Assembly (NCBI GenBank): GCA_963555825.3
Contig: CAUVXB020000002.1
Coordinates: 1,024,001-1,088,000, forward strand
Source of the DNA: Alphaproteobacteria bacterium
GTDB lineage: Bacteria > Pseudomonadota > Alphaproteobacteria > JAAXGF01
Direction of reading: 5' to 3'
Length of the DNA: 64,000 nucleotides
Every line of letters begins with the position of its first letter. Position 1 is the stretch's first letter. Under the pieces are notes generated by a model, which worked only from the letters and a program-made list of their open reading frames with translations, did not search any database and was not told where the DNA came from. The position numbers and the translations under genes are program-made. This document shows, one piece after another, positions 9,608 through 19,728 of this stretch.

Positions 9608-10036
9608 ATGCCCAAGACCGGCGGCTGCCAATGCGGCGCGGTGCGCTACGAGCTGACCGGCGAGCCCTTGCCGGCGATCATCTGTCACTGCACGGAATGC
9701 CAGAAGCAGACCTCGAGCGCCTTCGGCATGACGCTGCCGGTCGCCAAGCGCGATTTCAGGCTCACGTCGGGGTCGCTCAAGGAATGGCGGCGGACGGCCG
9801 ACAGCGGGCGCGAGCTGGCGTGTTTTTTCTGCCCCGAGTGCGGCAGCCGCGTCTATCACTCGTCCTCGCTCGGGCCGGACTACTGGCACCTCAAGCCCGG
9901 CACGCTCGACGACACGAGCTGGCTCGCGCCGGTCGCGCAGGTGTGGACCGATTCGGCGCAGCCCTGGCTCGAGCTCGCCAACTTGGCGTCCTACCCCCGC
10001 CAACCCGCCAATATCGCAGCGCTGCTGAAGCGCTGA
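9608..10036 (+). CDS. GFA (CENP-V) family zinc protein
   Basis: GGCQCGAVRY, CHCTECQK, FCPECGS. Confidence 0.9.
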   Translation: MPKTGGCQCGAVRYELTGEPLPAIICHCTECQKQTSSAFGMTLPVAKRDFRLTSGSLKEWRRTADSGRELACFFCPECGSRVYHSSSLGPDYWHLKPGTLDDTSWLAPVAQVWTDSAQPWLELANLASYPRQPANIAALLKR

Positions 10037-10052
10037 CGCGCCGGTCCCCCGC

Positions 10053-11261
10053 CTAATAGCGGCGCGGGATGTAGCGGGTCAGGTAAGTCAGCAGTACCAT
10101 GGACGCGCCCGAGGCGACGAAGACGGCGGGCAGCGTGAAGACACTCAACAGCGCGGCGAAGACGCCCGGCGCGCCGAGCTGGGCGGCCTCGCGGTAGGTC
10201 GAGAACACCGACGCCATCTCGGTGCGCTCGTGGGGGTGAACGGCGCGGAAGAACAGCGCGTTGCCGGCGGCATCGATCCAAGACGCGCAGGCGGTGCCGG
10301 CGAGCAGCAGGGTGACGCCGAGCCAGGCGACGTCCGACACCGCCGCCACCGCGATCGTCACGCAGCCGGTCGCGAGGTAGCCGACCGCGAGCAGCGCGCG
10401 CAGACCGATCCGGCCGCCCAGCCGGCCCCACAGCGGCACCAGCAGCATCGGCAGCGCCGCGGCGGAGAGCACGATGCCGGCCAATTCCTCGCCCAGGCCG
10501 CTCTGGACGCAATAGATCGGCGTGTAGATGAAGAACATCGTCCACCAGCCCGACCGGCCGAAGGCCAGCAGCCAGGCCAGCCGAAGCCTGGGCTGGCGCG
10601 CGAAGCGGACCAAGAAGCGCAGCGGGTTCGGCGGCCGCCCGCGGAACGCGGTGCCGGCTGGGTGGCTCGAAAACCCGGCGCGGAGCGCATAGGCGCAAAC
10701 CGCGATTGTGAGCACGGCGGCGAGCGCGAAAGGGCTCCACAGACCGAATTGGAGCGAGAGCCAGATGCCGAGCCACGGCCCGACGAGAAATCCGATCGCC
10801 ATGAAGAACATGCGGACCGGCTCGAAGCGGGCCAGCGCGCGCCGCGGGATGCGTTCCATGATCGCGACCTCGAACGCCACGTCGACGCACAGGTAACCGA
10901 AGACACGGAAGGCCAGACCGACGATCAACGGCAGCATCATGCCGAGCGACATCAGGACCGACGAGACCGCCACGCAGACGCCGCCGATCGCGAAAATACT
11001 CCGCCGGCCGGCCAGGTGGACGAGCCAAGGCATGACGAATGCGCCGCCGACGCCGACGAAGCTGACGCCGAAGAACAGCACGCTGACGTTGAGCGCGGTG
11101 CCGAGGATCGCCAGCGCCTCGATCGGGATGACCGCCGACGGCAACACCCAGCAGAGCGCCAGCACGCACTGCATCATGCCGAAGGGCAGGGCGTCGCGCA
11201 GGTCGGCGACGCCGAGCCAGGCGACAGGCGAGAGGCGCCGCGCACGTCCGGATTGGCTCAA
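10053..11261 (-). CDS. MFS transporter
   Basis: Hydrophobic 402-aa ORF with about 12 TM segments. Confidence 0.8.
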   Translation of the reverse strand: MSQSGRARRLSPVAWLGVADLRDALPFGMMQCVLALCWVLPSAVIPIEALAILGTALNVSVLFFGVSFVGVGGAFVMPWLVHLAGRRSIFAIGGVCVAVSSVLMSLGMMLPLIVGLAFRVFGYLCVDVAFEVAIMERIPRRALARFEPVRMFFMAIGFLVGPWLGIWLSLQFGLWSPFALAAVLTIAVCAYALRAGFSSHPAGTAFRGRPPNPLRFLVRFARQPRLRLAWLLAFGRSGWWTMFFIYTPIYCVQSGLGEELAGIVLSAAALPMLLVPLWGRLGGRIGLRALLAVGYLATGCVTIAVAAVSDVAWLGVTLLLAGTACASWIDAAGNALFFRAVHPHERTEMASVFSTYREAAQLGAPGVFAALLSVFTLPAVFVASGASMVLLTYLTRYIPRRY

Positions 11262-12175
11262 GACGCCGCGTGCCCCACTGCGTCGCCGGCCGCCTCGCCG
11301 ACCAGCCAGTCGCGGAAGGCGGCGATGTTGGGCGGCGTGGTGGCGGTCTTCGGATAGACCACGTAATAGGCGAAGTCGTGGTCGACTGTGGCGGCGAAGG
11401 GCGCGATCAGCCGGCCGGTGGCGAGATCGGCGGCGGCCAGCACGGTGTAGCCGATCGCGACGCCGAGGCCGTCGAGCGCCGCCTGCAGCGCCATCGCCGG
11501 GTCGTGCAGGCTAAGCCCGCCCGTGGGCTCGATGCCCGCGACGCCGGCGCCATCGAGCCATAGCCGCCATTCGTCGCCGATGCGCGCGTCGCCGACGTCG
11601 GCGTGGATCAGCGTGTGATGGGCGAGGTCGGCGGGCGCGCGCAGCGGCGCCGGACCGGCGGCGAGCGCCGGGCTGCAGACCGGCGTCATGGCGATCGCCA
11701 GCAGATGCTCGACGGTATGGCCCGGCCAATCGCCGTCGCCGCAGCGCACCGCCATGTCGCAATCCTCGTGCGCCAGGTCGACGAAGCGCAGCGACGGTGC
11801 CAGGCGGACGTCGATCTCGGGATGCTTAGCGCGGAAGCGGCCGAGACGCGGGATCAGCCAGCGCGAGGCAAACGACGGGGTCAGCGTCACGGTCAGGGCC
11901 CGCGGTCCCGGACCCAGCCCGTCGAGCGTCTCGGCGACGCGGTCGAGCGACTCGCTCATCACCGGCAGCAACACCTGGCCCGCTTCGGTCAGCACGACGC
12001 GGCGATGGCGGCGCTCGAACAGCGCGGTACCGAGCGCGTCCTCGAGCGCCTTGACGTGGTGGCTGATGGCGGCGTGGGTGACGCCGAGCTCCTCGGCCGC
12101 GCGGGTGAAGCTAAGGTGCCGGCCGGCGGCCTCGAACGCGCGCAGGGCATTGAGCTGAAGGTCGCGACGATACAT
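11258..12175 (-). CDS. LysR family regulator (GcvA-like)
   Basis: LNALRAFEAAGRHLSFTRAAEELGVTHAAISHHVKALE. Confidence 0.95.
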   Translation of the reverse strand: MYRRDLQLNALRAFEAAGRHLSFTRAAEELGVTHAAISHHVKALEDALGTALFERRHRRVVLTEAGQVLLPVMSESLDRVAETLDGLGPGPRALTVTLTPSFASRWLIPRLGRFRAKHPEIDVRLAPSLRFVDLAHEDCDMAVRCGDGDWPGHTVEHLLAIAMTPVCSPALAAGPAPLRAPADLAHHTLIHADVGDARIGDEWRLWLDGAGVAGIEPTGGLSLHDPAMALQAALDGLGVAIGYTVLAAADLATGRLIAPFAATVDHDFAYYVVYPKTATTPPNIAAFRDWLVGEAAGDAVGHAAS

Positions 12176-12183
12176 CGACTTCC

Positions 12184-12200
12184 TGTAAATTTTTCTAACA
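12184..12200. promoter_or_regulatory. Putative LysR T-N11-A box
   Basis: TGTAAATTTTTCTAACA, an AT-rich imperfect dyad between the divergent genes. Confidence 0.45.
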
Positions 12201-12274
12201 TAATCTGTGCGAAATCGTCGTTTGCGGTCAAGGTGAAACGCGCGTATGCGTGGGACAAGCGAGGGGAACCAGAC

Positions 12275-13060
12275 ATGGACCAAGCCGCGGTACAGCGGGC
12301 CGCCGAAATCCTCAACGACGCGCGCATCCAGCGCCGGCGCATCGACGGCCTGCCCGACGACTGCAAGCCCCAGACGATCGAGGACGGCTACCGCGTCCAG
12401 GACGCGTTGACCGCGTTGCGCGGCATCGAGCCGACGGCCTGGAAGATCGGCTCGACGAGCAAGCAGGCGCAGGCCATCGTCGGCACCACCGAGCCCTTCG
12501 GCGCGCCGCTCGCGGCGGCGATCTGCCACGCGAGCCCGGCAGTGATCCCGCGCGAGACGCTGTTCATGCGCGCGCTCGAGGTCGAATTCGCCTTCACGCT
12601 GGCCGCCGACTTGGCCCCCGACGGCGCGCCGTATTCCCGCGCGCGGGTCATCGCCGCGGTGGCCACGCTGCACCCGGCGATCGAGGTCTCGGATTCGCGC
12701 TACACCGACTGGAGCGCGGTGGGCGCGCCGAGCATCATCGCCGACGGCGGCAACGACGGCGCCTTCGTGCTCGGTGAGGGCATCGCCGATTGGCGCGGCT
12801 TCGACCTGCCGGCGCATGCCGCCGCGCTCTGTGTCAACGGCGCGAAGGCGGCCGACGGCATCGGCGCCCGGGTGCTGGGCGACCCGGTGACGGCGCTGGT
12901 CTGGCTGGCCAACGACCGCGCGCGGCGCGGCGACGGCCTGCGCGCCGGCCAGGTCGTTTCGACTGGCAGCTGTACCGGCGTGACGATGGCCGAGCCGGGC
13001 GACAGCGCGCGCGCCGAGATGGGCAGCATGGGCACGGTCGAACTGACGTTCGGCGATTGA
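12275..13060 (+). CDS. 2-keto-4-pentenoate hydratase (FAH superfamily)
   Basis: WKIGST, EVEFAF, AIEVSDSR, LRAGQVVSTGS. Confidence 0.9.
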   Translation: MDQAAVQRAAEILNDARIQRRRIDGLPDDCKPQTIEDGYRVQDALTALRGIEPTAWKIGSTSKQAQAIVGTTEPFGAPLAAAICHASPAVIPRETLFMRALEVEFAFTLAADLAPDGAPYSRARVIAAVATLHPAIEVSDSRYTDWSAVGAPSIIADGGNDGAFVLGEGIADWRGFDLPAHAAALCVNGAKAADGIGARVLGDPVTALVWLANDRARRGDGLRAGQVVSTGSCTGVTMAEPGDSARAEMGSMGTVELTFGD

Positions 13061-13078
13061 GACTCGAGGAGACACGAG

Positions 13079-14218
13079 ATGACCGACGAACGCATTCTTT
13101 CCGCCGATTCACATATCGTCGAGCCGGCCGACTTCTGGACGCGCCATATCGACCCGGCGTTCGCTGAGCGGGCGCCACGCGCGCACACCGACGACGGCGG
13201 TATCGTCCATTTCACGGTCAATGGCGGCACGCCGCTCGGCTCGGTCGGTGCGCCGTCGCAGGCTGGCGTGCGCTTCGAGAACCCGGAACAGGTGACCTTC
13301 GAGGGCGCCTGGGCCGACGTCCGGCCGGGCTGCGCCGATCCCGGGCCGCGCCTGGCCGATCTCGCGCGCGACGGCGTCTCGGGTGAGGTCGTCTTCCCGA
13401 CGCTCGGCGCGCGCATCTACGGCGTCATCGACGGCGATCTGCGCAAGGCCTGTTTCAAGGCGGGCAACGACTGGCTGATCACCGAGTTCTGCGCCGCCGA
13501 CCCGAACACCTTCAAGGGCATCGCATTGCTCGATACCGACGACGTCGCCTGGTCGGTCGCCGAGTTGGAGCGCTGCGTCGCCGCGGGCCTCGCGGGCGGC
13601 ATGATCCCGACCTATCCGGGCCCCAACCGGCCCTATCACCTGGCCGATTACGACGCCCTGTGGGCGGCCGCCCAGGATCTCGAGACGCCGCTCGCCTTCC
13701 ACATCGCGGCGACCTGCGCCGGGCCCGGCCAGCGCAGCATCTTCACCAGCGAATGGACCAGCCCCGACGCGGCGGCGTATTCGTCAACCCAGGACTATTG
13801 GGTGCGCCGCTCGGTCGGCGAGATGATCTTCGCCGGCGTGTTCGACCGCTTCCCCGGCCTCAAGTTGACGATCGTCGAGCACGAGCTCGCCTGGGCGATC
13901 TACTTCCTCGAAAAGATGGACGCGACCTATACCGAGCTGAGCCAGACCGCGCCCTACCGCTTCAAGGACGGCGTGCTGCCCAGCGACTTCTTCCGCACCA
14001 ACATCTTCCTCACCTTCCAGGAGGACAAGATCGGCCTCGAGGTGCTGTCGAGGATGATCGGCACCGACACGCTGATGTTCGGCTCCGACTACCCGCATGC
14101 CGAATCGACCTGGCCCGAATCGCGCCGCTTCCTCGACGACATGCTGGCCGGCGTTTCCGATGTCGACCGGCGCAAGATGGTGTGCGACAACGTAGCCAGC
14201 CTGTTCAAGTTCGACTGA
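13079..14218 (+). CDS. Amidohydrolase family 2 protein
   Basis: SADSHIVEP, FHI, GVFDRFPGLK, FGSDYPHAES. Confidence 0.9.
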   Translation: MTDERILSADSHIVEPADFWTRHIDPAFAERAPRAHTDDGGIVHFTVNGGTPLGSVGAPSQAGVRFENPEQVTFEGAWADVRPGCADPGPRLADLARDGVSGEVVFPTLGARIYGVIDGDLRKACFKAGNDWLITEFCAADPNTFKGIALLDTDDVAWSVAELERCVAAGLAGGMIPTYPGPNRPYHLADYDALWAAAQDLETPLAFHIAATCAGPGQRSIFTSEWTSPDAAAYSSTQDYWVRRSVGEMIFAGVFDRFPGLKLTIVEHELAWAIYFLEKMDATYTELSQTAPYRFKDGVLPSDFFRTNIFLTFQEDKIGLEVLSRMIGTDTLMFGSDYPHAESTWPESRRFLDDMLAGVSDVDRRKMVCDNVASLFKFD

Positions 14219-14269
14219 TCACGGCGCGCGCGCCGCGTTTCGTCGACATCGAGAAACCCGGAGGCGCCG

Positions 14270-14644
14270 ATGACCAAGATCGTCTATCCGTCCGATCTTC
14301 CCTTCCCGTTCGCCAAGGCGGTGCGCGCCGGCGACTTCGTCTTCGTCTCGGGCCAAATCCCGTTCGGGCCCGACGGCCTGATCGTCCAGGGCACCATCGA
14401 GGTGCAGACCCGCGTCGTGCTCGAGAGCATCCGCAACACCCTGGCCGAGGCCGACTGCACGCTCGCCGACGTGGTCAAGAACACCATCTGGCTCACCGAC
14501 ACGCGCGACTTCGCCGGCTTCAACAAGGTCTACGCCGAATTCTTCGCCGACGCGCCGCCGGCGCGCGCGACGGTGCGTTCCGACCTCATGCTCGACGCCA
14601 AGATCGAGATCGAAAGCCTCGCCTACAAGCCGCTCGACGGTTGA
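14270..14644 (+). CDS. RidA/YjgF family protein
   Basis: FVSGQIP, FNKVYAEFF, PARATV, IEIE. Confidence 0.9.
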   Translation: MTKIVYPSDLPFPFAKAVRAGDFVFVSGQIPFGPDGLIVQGTIEVQTRVVLESIRNTLAEADCTLADVVKNTIWLTDTRDFAGFNKVYAEFFADAPPARATVRSDLMLDAKIEIESLAYKPLDG

Positions 14645-15447
14645 TGCGCGGCCTCGACTCGCTGCATGCGTTCCGCGCGGACCATCCACCGGCCACCGTC
14701 TCGATCGGCGGCCGCGAGTGGCGCTATATCGCGAGCCAGGCCGACGCGTCGGCGCCGGCGCTGGTCATGCTGCCGGGCGCGTTCGGCGCCGCCGAGCTGT
14801 TCTGGAACCAGATCACCGACTTGGGCGACCGGCTGCGCATCGTCGCCGCGACCTATCCGCCGGCCGACGATGTCGGATTGCTCGCCGACGACGTCGCCGG
14901 GCTGATGGACCATCTGGGGCTCGCCTCGGCCAACCTCTTGGGCACGTCACTCGGCGGCTATATCGCGCAGCGCTTCGCCGGGCGCCACGGGGCGCGCATC
15001 GAGACGCTGTTCCTCGCCAACTCGCTGAGCAGGACCGATCAGCTCGCGCGCGACTTCGATCACGCGGCGATCGCGGTGCGGACGGGCGGTGACATCAGGG
15101 CCGGGGTCGAGGCGGGTATCGCGGCCTACGCCGAGACAGACCCGGCGGTCGCCGTGCTCAAGAAAATCCTGGTCGATCACGGCCGGCATTGCCTGACCGA
15201 CGCGATGGTGAAATCGCGCATGCTGGCGCTCGCCTCGCTTACCGAGCCGCCGCCACTCGCCGTGCCCGAGGAACGAATCGTTCTGATCGAGAGCGACGAC
15301 GACCCGGTGATCGCCGCGGCCGGCCGCGTCCACATGCGCCAACGCTATCCCGGCGCGCCATGCCATACGCTGACCAGCGGCCACTTCCCCTATGTCACGC
15401 GCGCCGATCGCTACAGCGCGATCATCGCCGAACGGCTTCTCGCATGA
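14644..15447 (+). CDS. Alpha/beta hydrolase
   Basis: GTSLGG nucleophile elbow and C-terminal GHFPY; TGATG coupling to RidA. Confidence 0.85.
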   Translation: MRGLDSLHAFRADHPPATVSIGGREWRYIASQADASAPALVMLPGAFGAAELFWNQITDLGDRLRIVAATYPPADDVGLLADDVAGLMDHLGLASANLLGTSLGGYIAQRFAGRHGARIETLFLANSLSRTDQLARDFDHAAIAVRTGGDIRAGVEAGIAAYAETDPAVAVLKKILVDHGRHCLTDAMVKSRMLALASLTEPPPLAVPEERIVLIESDDDPVIAAAGRVHMRQRYPGAPCHTLTSGHFPYVTRADRYSAIIAERLLA

Positions 15448-16925
15448 CCGATGAGAACCTACCGTCCGAAACGTGGCGGCTTTCGGCCGTCGACGCCGTC
15501 GACCTCCTGAAACGCGGCGAGGTCTCGCCGCTCGAGCTGGTCGACGCGGCGGCGGCACGCATCGCCGCGACCGACGGCGCAATCAACGCGCTCCCCATCC
15601 TCTGCCTCGACCGCGCGCGCGACCATGCGCGGCGACTGATGGCGAAGCCGCCGGCCGAGCGCGGCCTGCTCGGCGGCCTGCCGATCGCGGTCAAGGACCT
15701 CAACGCGGTCGCCGGCGTGCGCTGCACCCAGGGCTCGCCGATCTTCGCCGACGACGTGCCAGCGCGCTCCGACATCATGGTCGAGACGCTGGAAGAGCGC
15801 GGCGCGATCGTCATCGGCAAATCCAACACGCCCGAGTTCGGCGCCGGCGCGAGCACCTTCAACGAGGTCTTCGGCAAGACGCGCAACCCGTGGAACGTCG
15901 AGAAATCGGTCGCCGGCTCGTCGGGCGGCGCGGCGGCCTGCGTCGCTGCCGGTCAGGCCTGGCTCGCGACCGGCTCGGACCTCGGCGGCAGCCTGCGCAC
16001 GCCGGCGAGTTTCAATTCGGTCGTGGGTTTAAGGCCGAGCCCCGGCCGCGTCGCCTGCGGGCCGACGACGCTGCCATTCAACACGCTCATGGTCGAGGGC
16101 CCGATCGCGCGCAACGCGGCCGACTGTGCGCTGTTCCTCGACGCCATGGCGGGCTGGCACCCGGAAGACCCGCTATCGCTCGCGGCACCCGTGGTGCCGT
16201 TCCTCGATGCGGTACAGGGCGCGCGACCACCGGCTCGCATCGGCTTCAGTCCCGATATCGGCATCGTACCGGTCGACCGCGAGGTCGCCGCGATCTGCGA
16301 GGCCGCCACCCAGCGCTTCGCCGAGATGGGCGCCGAGATCGACGACGCCTGTCCCGACTTCTCGGGCGCCATCGAGTGCTTCCAGACGCTGCGCGCGGCG
16401 GCCTTCGCGGCGGGCATGGAACCGCTGCTGCGCGGCCATCGCGACAAGCTCAAACCCGAGGTCATCTGGAACATCGAAAAGGGCCTGGCGTTGACCGCCG
16501 ACGAGATCGGCCGCGCCGAGCGCACCCGGGCGAAGCTCTATGCCAGCGTCGCCGCCTTCTTCGCCGATCACGATTTCCTGCTTTGCCCGGCGGCGATCGT
16601 GCCGCCGTTCGACGTCGACATCCGCTATGTCGAGGAAGTCGACGGCCAGCGCTTCGACAACTACGTGCACTGGATCGCGATCACCTTCGCGATCACGCTG
16701 ACCAGTTGCCCGGCGGTCTCGGCGCCGGCCGGCTTCACGGGCGCGGGACTGCCGGTCGGCCTGCAGATCGTCGGCCCGCCGCGCGGCGAGGCGGCCGTGC
16801 TCGGCGCCGCGGCGCTCCTCGAGCAGGCGACCGGCATCGCGGGGCGCCTGCCGATCGACCCGATGACCGCCGACGGCACGCGCCTCGTCGCCCGAGCTTC
16901 GGTCGACATCTCTACTAAAACATAA
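15444..16925 (+). CDS. Amidase signature family protein
   Basis: IAVKDL, GSSGG, GSDLGGSLRTPA; its stop codon lies inside an AT-rich repeat. Confidence 0.9.
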   Translation: MTDENLPSETWRLSAVDAVDLLKRGEVSPLELVDAAAARIAATDGAINALPILCLDRARDHARRLMAKPPAERGLLGGLPIAVKDLNAVAGVRCTQGSPIFADDVPARSDIMVETLEERGAIVIGKSNTPEFGAGASTFNEVFGKTRNPWNVEKSVAGSSGGAAACVAAGQAWLATGSDLGGSLRTPASFNSVVGLRPSPGRVACGPTTLPFNTLMVEGPIARNAADCALFLDAMAGWHPEDPLSLAAPVVPFLDAVQGARPPARIGFSPDIGIVPVDREVAAICEAATQRFAEMGAEIDDACPDFSGAIECFQTLRAAAFAAGMEPLLRGHRDKLKPEVIWNIEKGLALTADEIGRAERTRAKLYASVAAFFADHDFLLCPAAIVPPFDVDIRYVEEVDGQRFDNYVHWIAITFAITLTSCPAVSAPAGFTGAGLPVGLQIVGPPRGEAAVLGAAALLEQATGIAGRLPIDPMTADGTRLVARASVDISTKT

Positions 16926-17019
16926 GCAGTATATATTTTCTCGCGGCTTCACAATAATCGTAAGCAGTATACATTTTGCGTATCATCTTCGCACGGAAAA
17001 TGTATACTGCTTACGTTTT
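16917..17019. repeat. AT-rich element with three copies of a ~20-24-bp motif (two direct, one inverted)
   Basis: 16917-16940 AAAACATAAGCAGTATATATTTTC; 16959-16977 CGTAAGCAGTATACATTTT; 16996-17019 is an inverted copy matching copy 1 at 22/24. Confidence 0.8.
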
Positions 17020-17040
17020 CAGGACCACGGAGCGGCGGGC

Positions 17041-18231
17041 TCAAACGATACCCGATTCGCGGAGCGGGCGGCTCTCGATGACGCGCTGATAGCTCAGGCG
17101 CTTGAGGTCGATGGTGACGAAATAGCCGTCGAGGATAAGCTCGGCCATGGCGCGGCCGACGGCGGGCGCCTGTTGCAGGCCGTGGCCAGAGAAGCCGCAG
17201 GCGACGTAGAAGTTCGCCAGACCGTCGCGGCCCGGCCCGTCGAGTCAGGGGCCGATGATCAGGTTTTCGTCGAGCCGGTTGACGTCGTAGAGGCAGGCCC
17301 AAGCCTGGCCGACCTTGAGCGCCTCGAAGGCGGGCACGCGCTCTGCCAGGATCGGCCAGACCGCCGTGTCGAAATAGTCGTAATCGACCTCGAAATTGGC
17401 CCCGGCGGGCTCGTCGAGGCGGCTGCGGCCGCCCAGATAACCGACGCCCTCGGGCCTGAAGTAGACGCCGCTCGGGTCGATCACCAGCGGCATCGGCTCG
17501 ATCTGGCCACGGATATCGAACCCAAACACCATGCGCCGCACCGGCGCGACCGGCAACGGCATCTCGACCATGGCGCAGATCTCGGCCGACCAGGCGCCGG
17601 CGGCGATAATCAGATTGCCGACGATGCGCTCGGCGCCCGATTTCAGGCGCACGCCGTGAGCCCGCCGCGAGTCCGAGGCGATATCGACGACCTCGTCGGC
17701 GATGTATTCGACGCCGAGCGCGCGCGCCTTGCGGCGGTATCCTTGCAGCGCGCCGTGCGGGTCGAGCCAGCCATCCTCGCGGCCGAACACGCCGGCCTCG
17801 ATACCGGCGAGGTTGAGCGACGGAAAGCGCTCGGCGAGTCCGTCGCGGTCGAACATCTCGACCGGCGCGCCGAGTTCGCGCTGGACGCCGAACGCCGCGA
17901 CCATGTCGGCGAGACCCGTCGCGTCGGCCAGGAACAGATAGCCCTGTTCGCGCAAGTCGACGCGCGCGGGATCGCCGTCGACCGCCATCTCCTCGGCGAA
18001 GTTGCGCCAGATGCCGAGCCCATATTGCGACATCTTGATGTTCTCGGGCAGGCTGAATTGCTGGCGCGTGCCGCCCAGCGAACGCGGCGTCGCGGCAAAC
18101 TCGTACGTCGGGTCGCGCTCGATGACGGTGACCTTGCCGGCCCGGCCGTCACGCGCCAAATGGTAGGCGATCGACGAGCCGATGACGCCGCCGCCGATGA
18201 TCAGAACGTCGTCGAGCAGGTGGCCGGCCAT
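17041..18231 (-). pseudogene. FAD-dependent oxidoreductase (DAO/sarcosine oxidase beta-like) with in-frame TGA at 17245-17247
   Basis: IIGGGVIG N-terminus; the frame continues past the TGA as LDGPGRDGLANFYVACGFSGHGLQQAPAVG...GIV* to 17041. Confidence 0.85.
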
Positions 18232-18243
18232 GCGCTGACAGCT

Positions 18244-19725
18244 TTAACCGCCTGACGTCGCGTTGCCGAGCGACTCGATCGCGCTCTCGACGGTGGCGTG
18301 ATCGTCGCCGCCCGGCGGCAGCAGCGCGAGCAACCGCCGCCACAGGCCGCGCGCGCCGTCCATATTGCCGCTCTCGGCCTCGGCGCGGCCCAGCAGCCAG
18401 AGCGCCGAAGGGTTCTCGGCGTCGACGGTGGCGAGCTGGCGCAAGACGACGACGGCTTCCATTGGCACGGTGGCGTCCTCGGGCTGCGCCGCCATGATCG
18501 CGGTCACGTAGCTTTGCAGGATGTCCGGGTCGTCGGGCGACAGCGCGGCGGCCTGGGCATAGGCGTCGCGCGACTTCTGCGGCTCGCCCAGCACGCCGTA
18601 TGAGCGCCCGAGCCGCAGCCAACCATCGAGGTCGTCGGGCTCGTCCTCGAGCCGCTCGGCGAGGCGGGCGACCATGCCGCGGATCATCTCGCCCTGGTCG
18701 TCGGCCGACATCCCGGCGGCGGCGGCGATGTCCTCGGCGGTCGGCCCCGGCGGCGGCGCGGATGGCGCTGCCGACGCGGTGGGTGCGGCGGGCGCAGCCG
18801 ACGCGGTGGGTGCGGCGGGCGCAGCCGACGCGGTGGGCGCAGCGGACGTCAGGCCGGCGACATCGACACCGAGCCCAGCGGCGGTCTCGTCGATGCGCTG
18901 GCGCAACACCGGCAACCAGGGCGCCGCCGGGTCGGAATCGCGCAGCAGCGCGAGCCAATCGTCGAGCGCGCCACGCGCATCGCCGACCTGGTGTTTGGCG
19001 AGCGCCAGGTAGAAGCGCGCCGCGGGGTGCCCGGCATCGCGCGCCACGGCATCGTCGAAGGTCGCCTTGGCCTCGGGCGTGACCACGCCATCGGCGGCGA
19101 ATACCAGGAATTCGCCGAGCATCGCCGTCACGCTGGCATCGCCCTCGGCCAGCATCTCGGCATGCTTCAGGGCGATGACCGCTTCGTCGAAACGCTCGAG
19201 CACGCTGTAGGAACGGCCCAGCATGAGCCAGCCGTCGAGGTCGTTGGGCTGCGCCTTGAGGCGTTCGGCGAGCCCGGCGACCATCTGCTCGACGTCGGGC
19301 ACGCCGCCCTCGGGCATGGCCATCGCGGTCGGCGTCGCGGGGCGCTCGCGCGTCGCGATCGGCCGATCGCCGGCGCCCGGCGCGCCGAGCCACAGATAGA
19401 GGCTGCCGGCGACCAGCGGCAGCGCGACGACGACGGCGAAGGCGGTGATCAGATGCGTTGTGTCGGGTGCGCTGGCCTCCGGCGCAGGCTCGGCGGGCGC
19501 CGCGGCGAGCAGGCGGCGTTCGATCTCGAGCCGCGCGCTGTCGCGCTCCTCGGCGCTGATGACACCGCGCTCGAGGTCGACGTCGAGCTCGCGCAGCTGG
19601 TCGCGGTAGACCTCGACGTCATAGTCGGCGCGCGGCGCGACCGCGCGGTGACGGCGCAACAGTGGCACGGCGACGAGCGCCAGGGCCGCGACCGTCATGG
19701 CGCCGAGAGCGATGAACAGCAGCAT
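18244..19725 (-). CDS. ccmI: Cytochrome c biogenesis TPR protein CcmI/CycH
   Basis: VYRDQLRELD, YLWLGAP, DLDGWLMLGRSY TPR repeats; last gene of the ccm operon. Confidence 0.9.
   Translation of the reverse strand: MLLFIALGAMTVAALALVAVPLLRRHRAVAPRADYDVEVYRDQLRELDVDLERGVISAEERDSARLEIERRLLAAAPAEPAPEASAPDTTHLITAFAVVVALPLVAGSLYLWLGAPGAGDRPIATRERPATPTAMAMPEGGVPDVEQMVAGLAERLKAQPNDLDGWLMLGRSYSVLERFDEAVIALKHAEMLAEGDASVTAMLGEFLVFAADGVVTPEAKATFDDAVARDAGHPAARFYLALAKHQVGDARGALDDWLALLRDSDPAAPWLPVLRQRIDETAAGLGVDVAGLTSAAPTASAAPAAPTASAAPAAPTASAAPSAPPPGPTAEDIAAAAGMSADDQGEMIRGMVARLAERLEDEPDDLDGWLRLGRSYGVLGEPQKSRDAYAQAAALSPDDPDILQSYVTAIMAAQPEDATVPMEAVVVLRQLATVDAENPSALWLLGRAEAESGNMDGARGLWRRLLALLPPGGDDHATVESAIESLGNATSGG
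18770..18843 (-). repeat. 27-bp coding tandem repeat (APTASAAPA x~3) in the CcmI linker
   Basis: GCCGACGCGGTGGGTGCGGCGGGCGCA repeated. Confidence 0.85.
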
Positions 19726-19728
19726 ACT

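Noticed and set aside
17245-17247. Selenocysteine codon
   Set aside because: The position is non-catalytic and best explained as Trp; no convincing SECIS hairpin or sel genes were seen.
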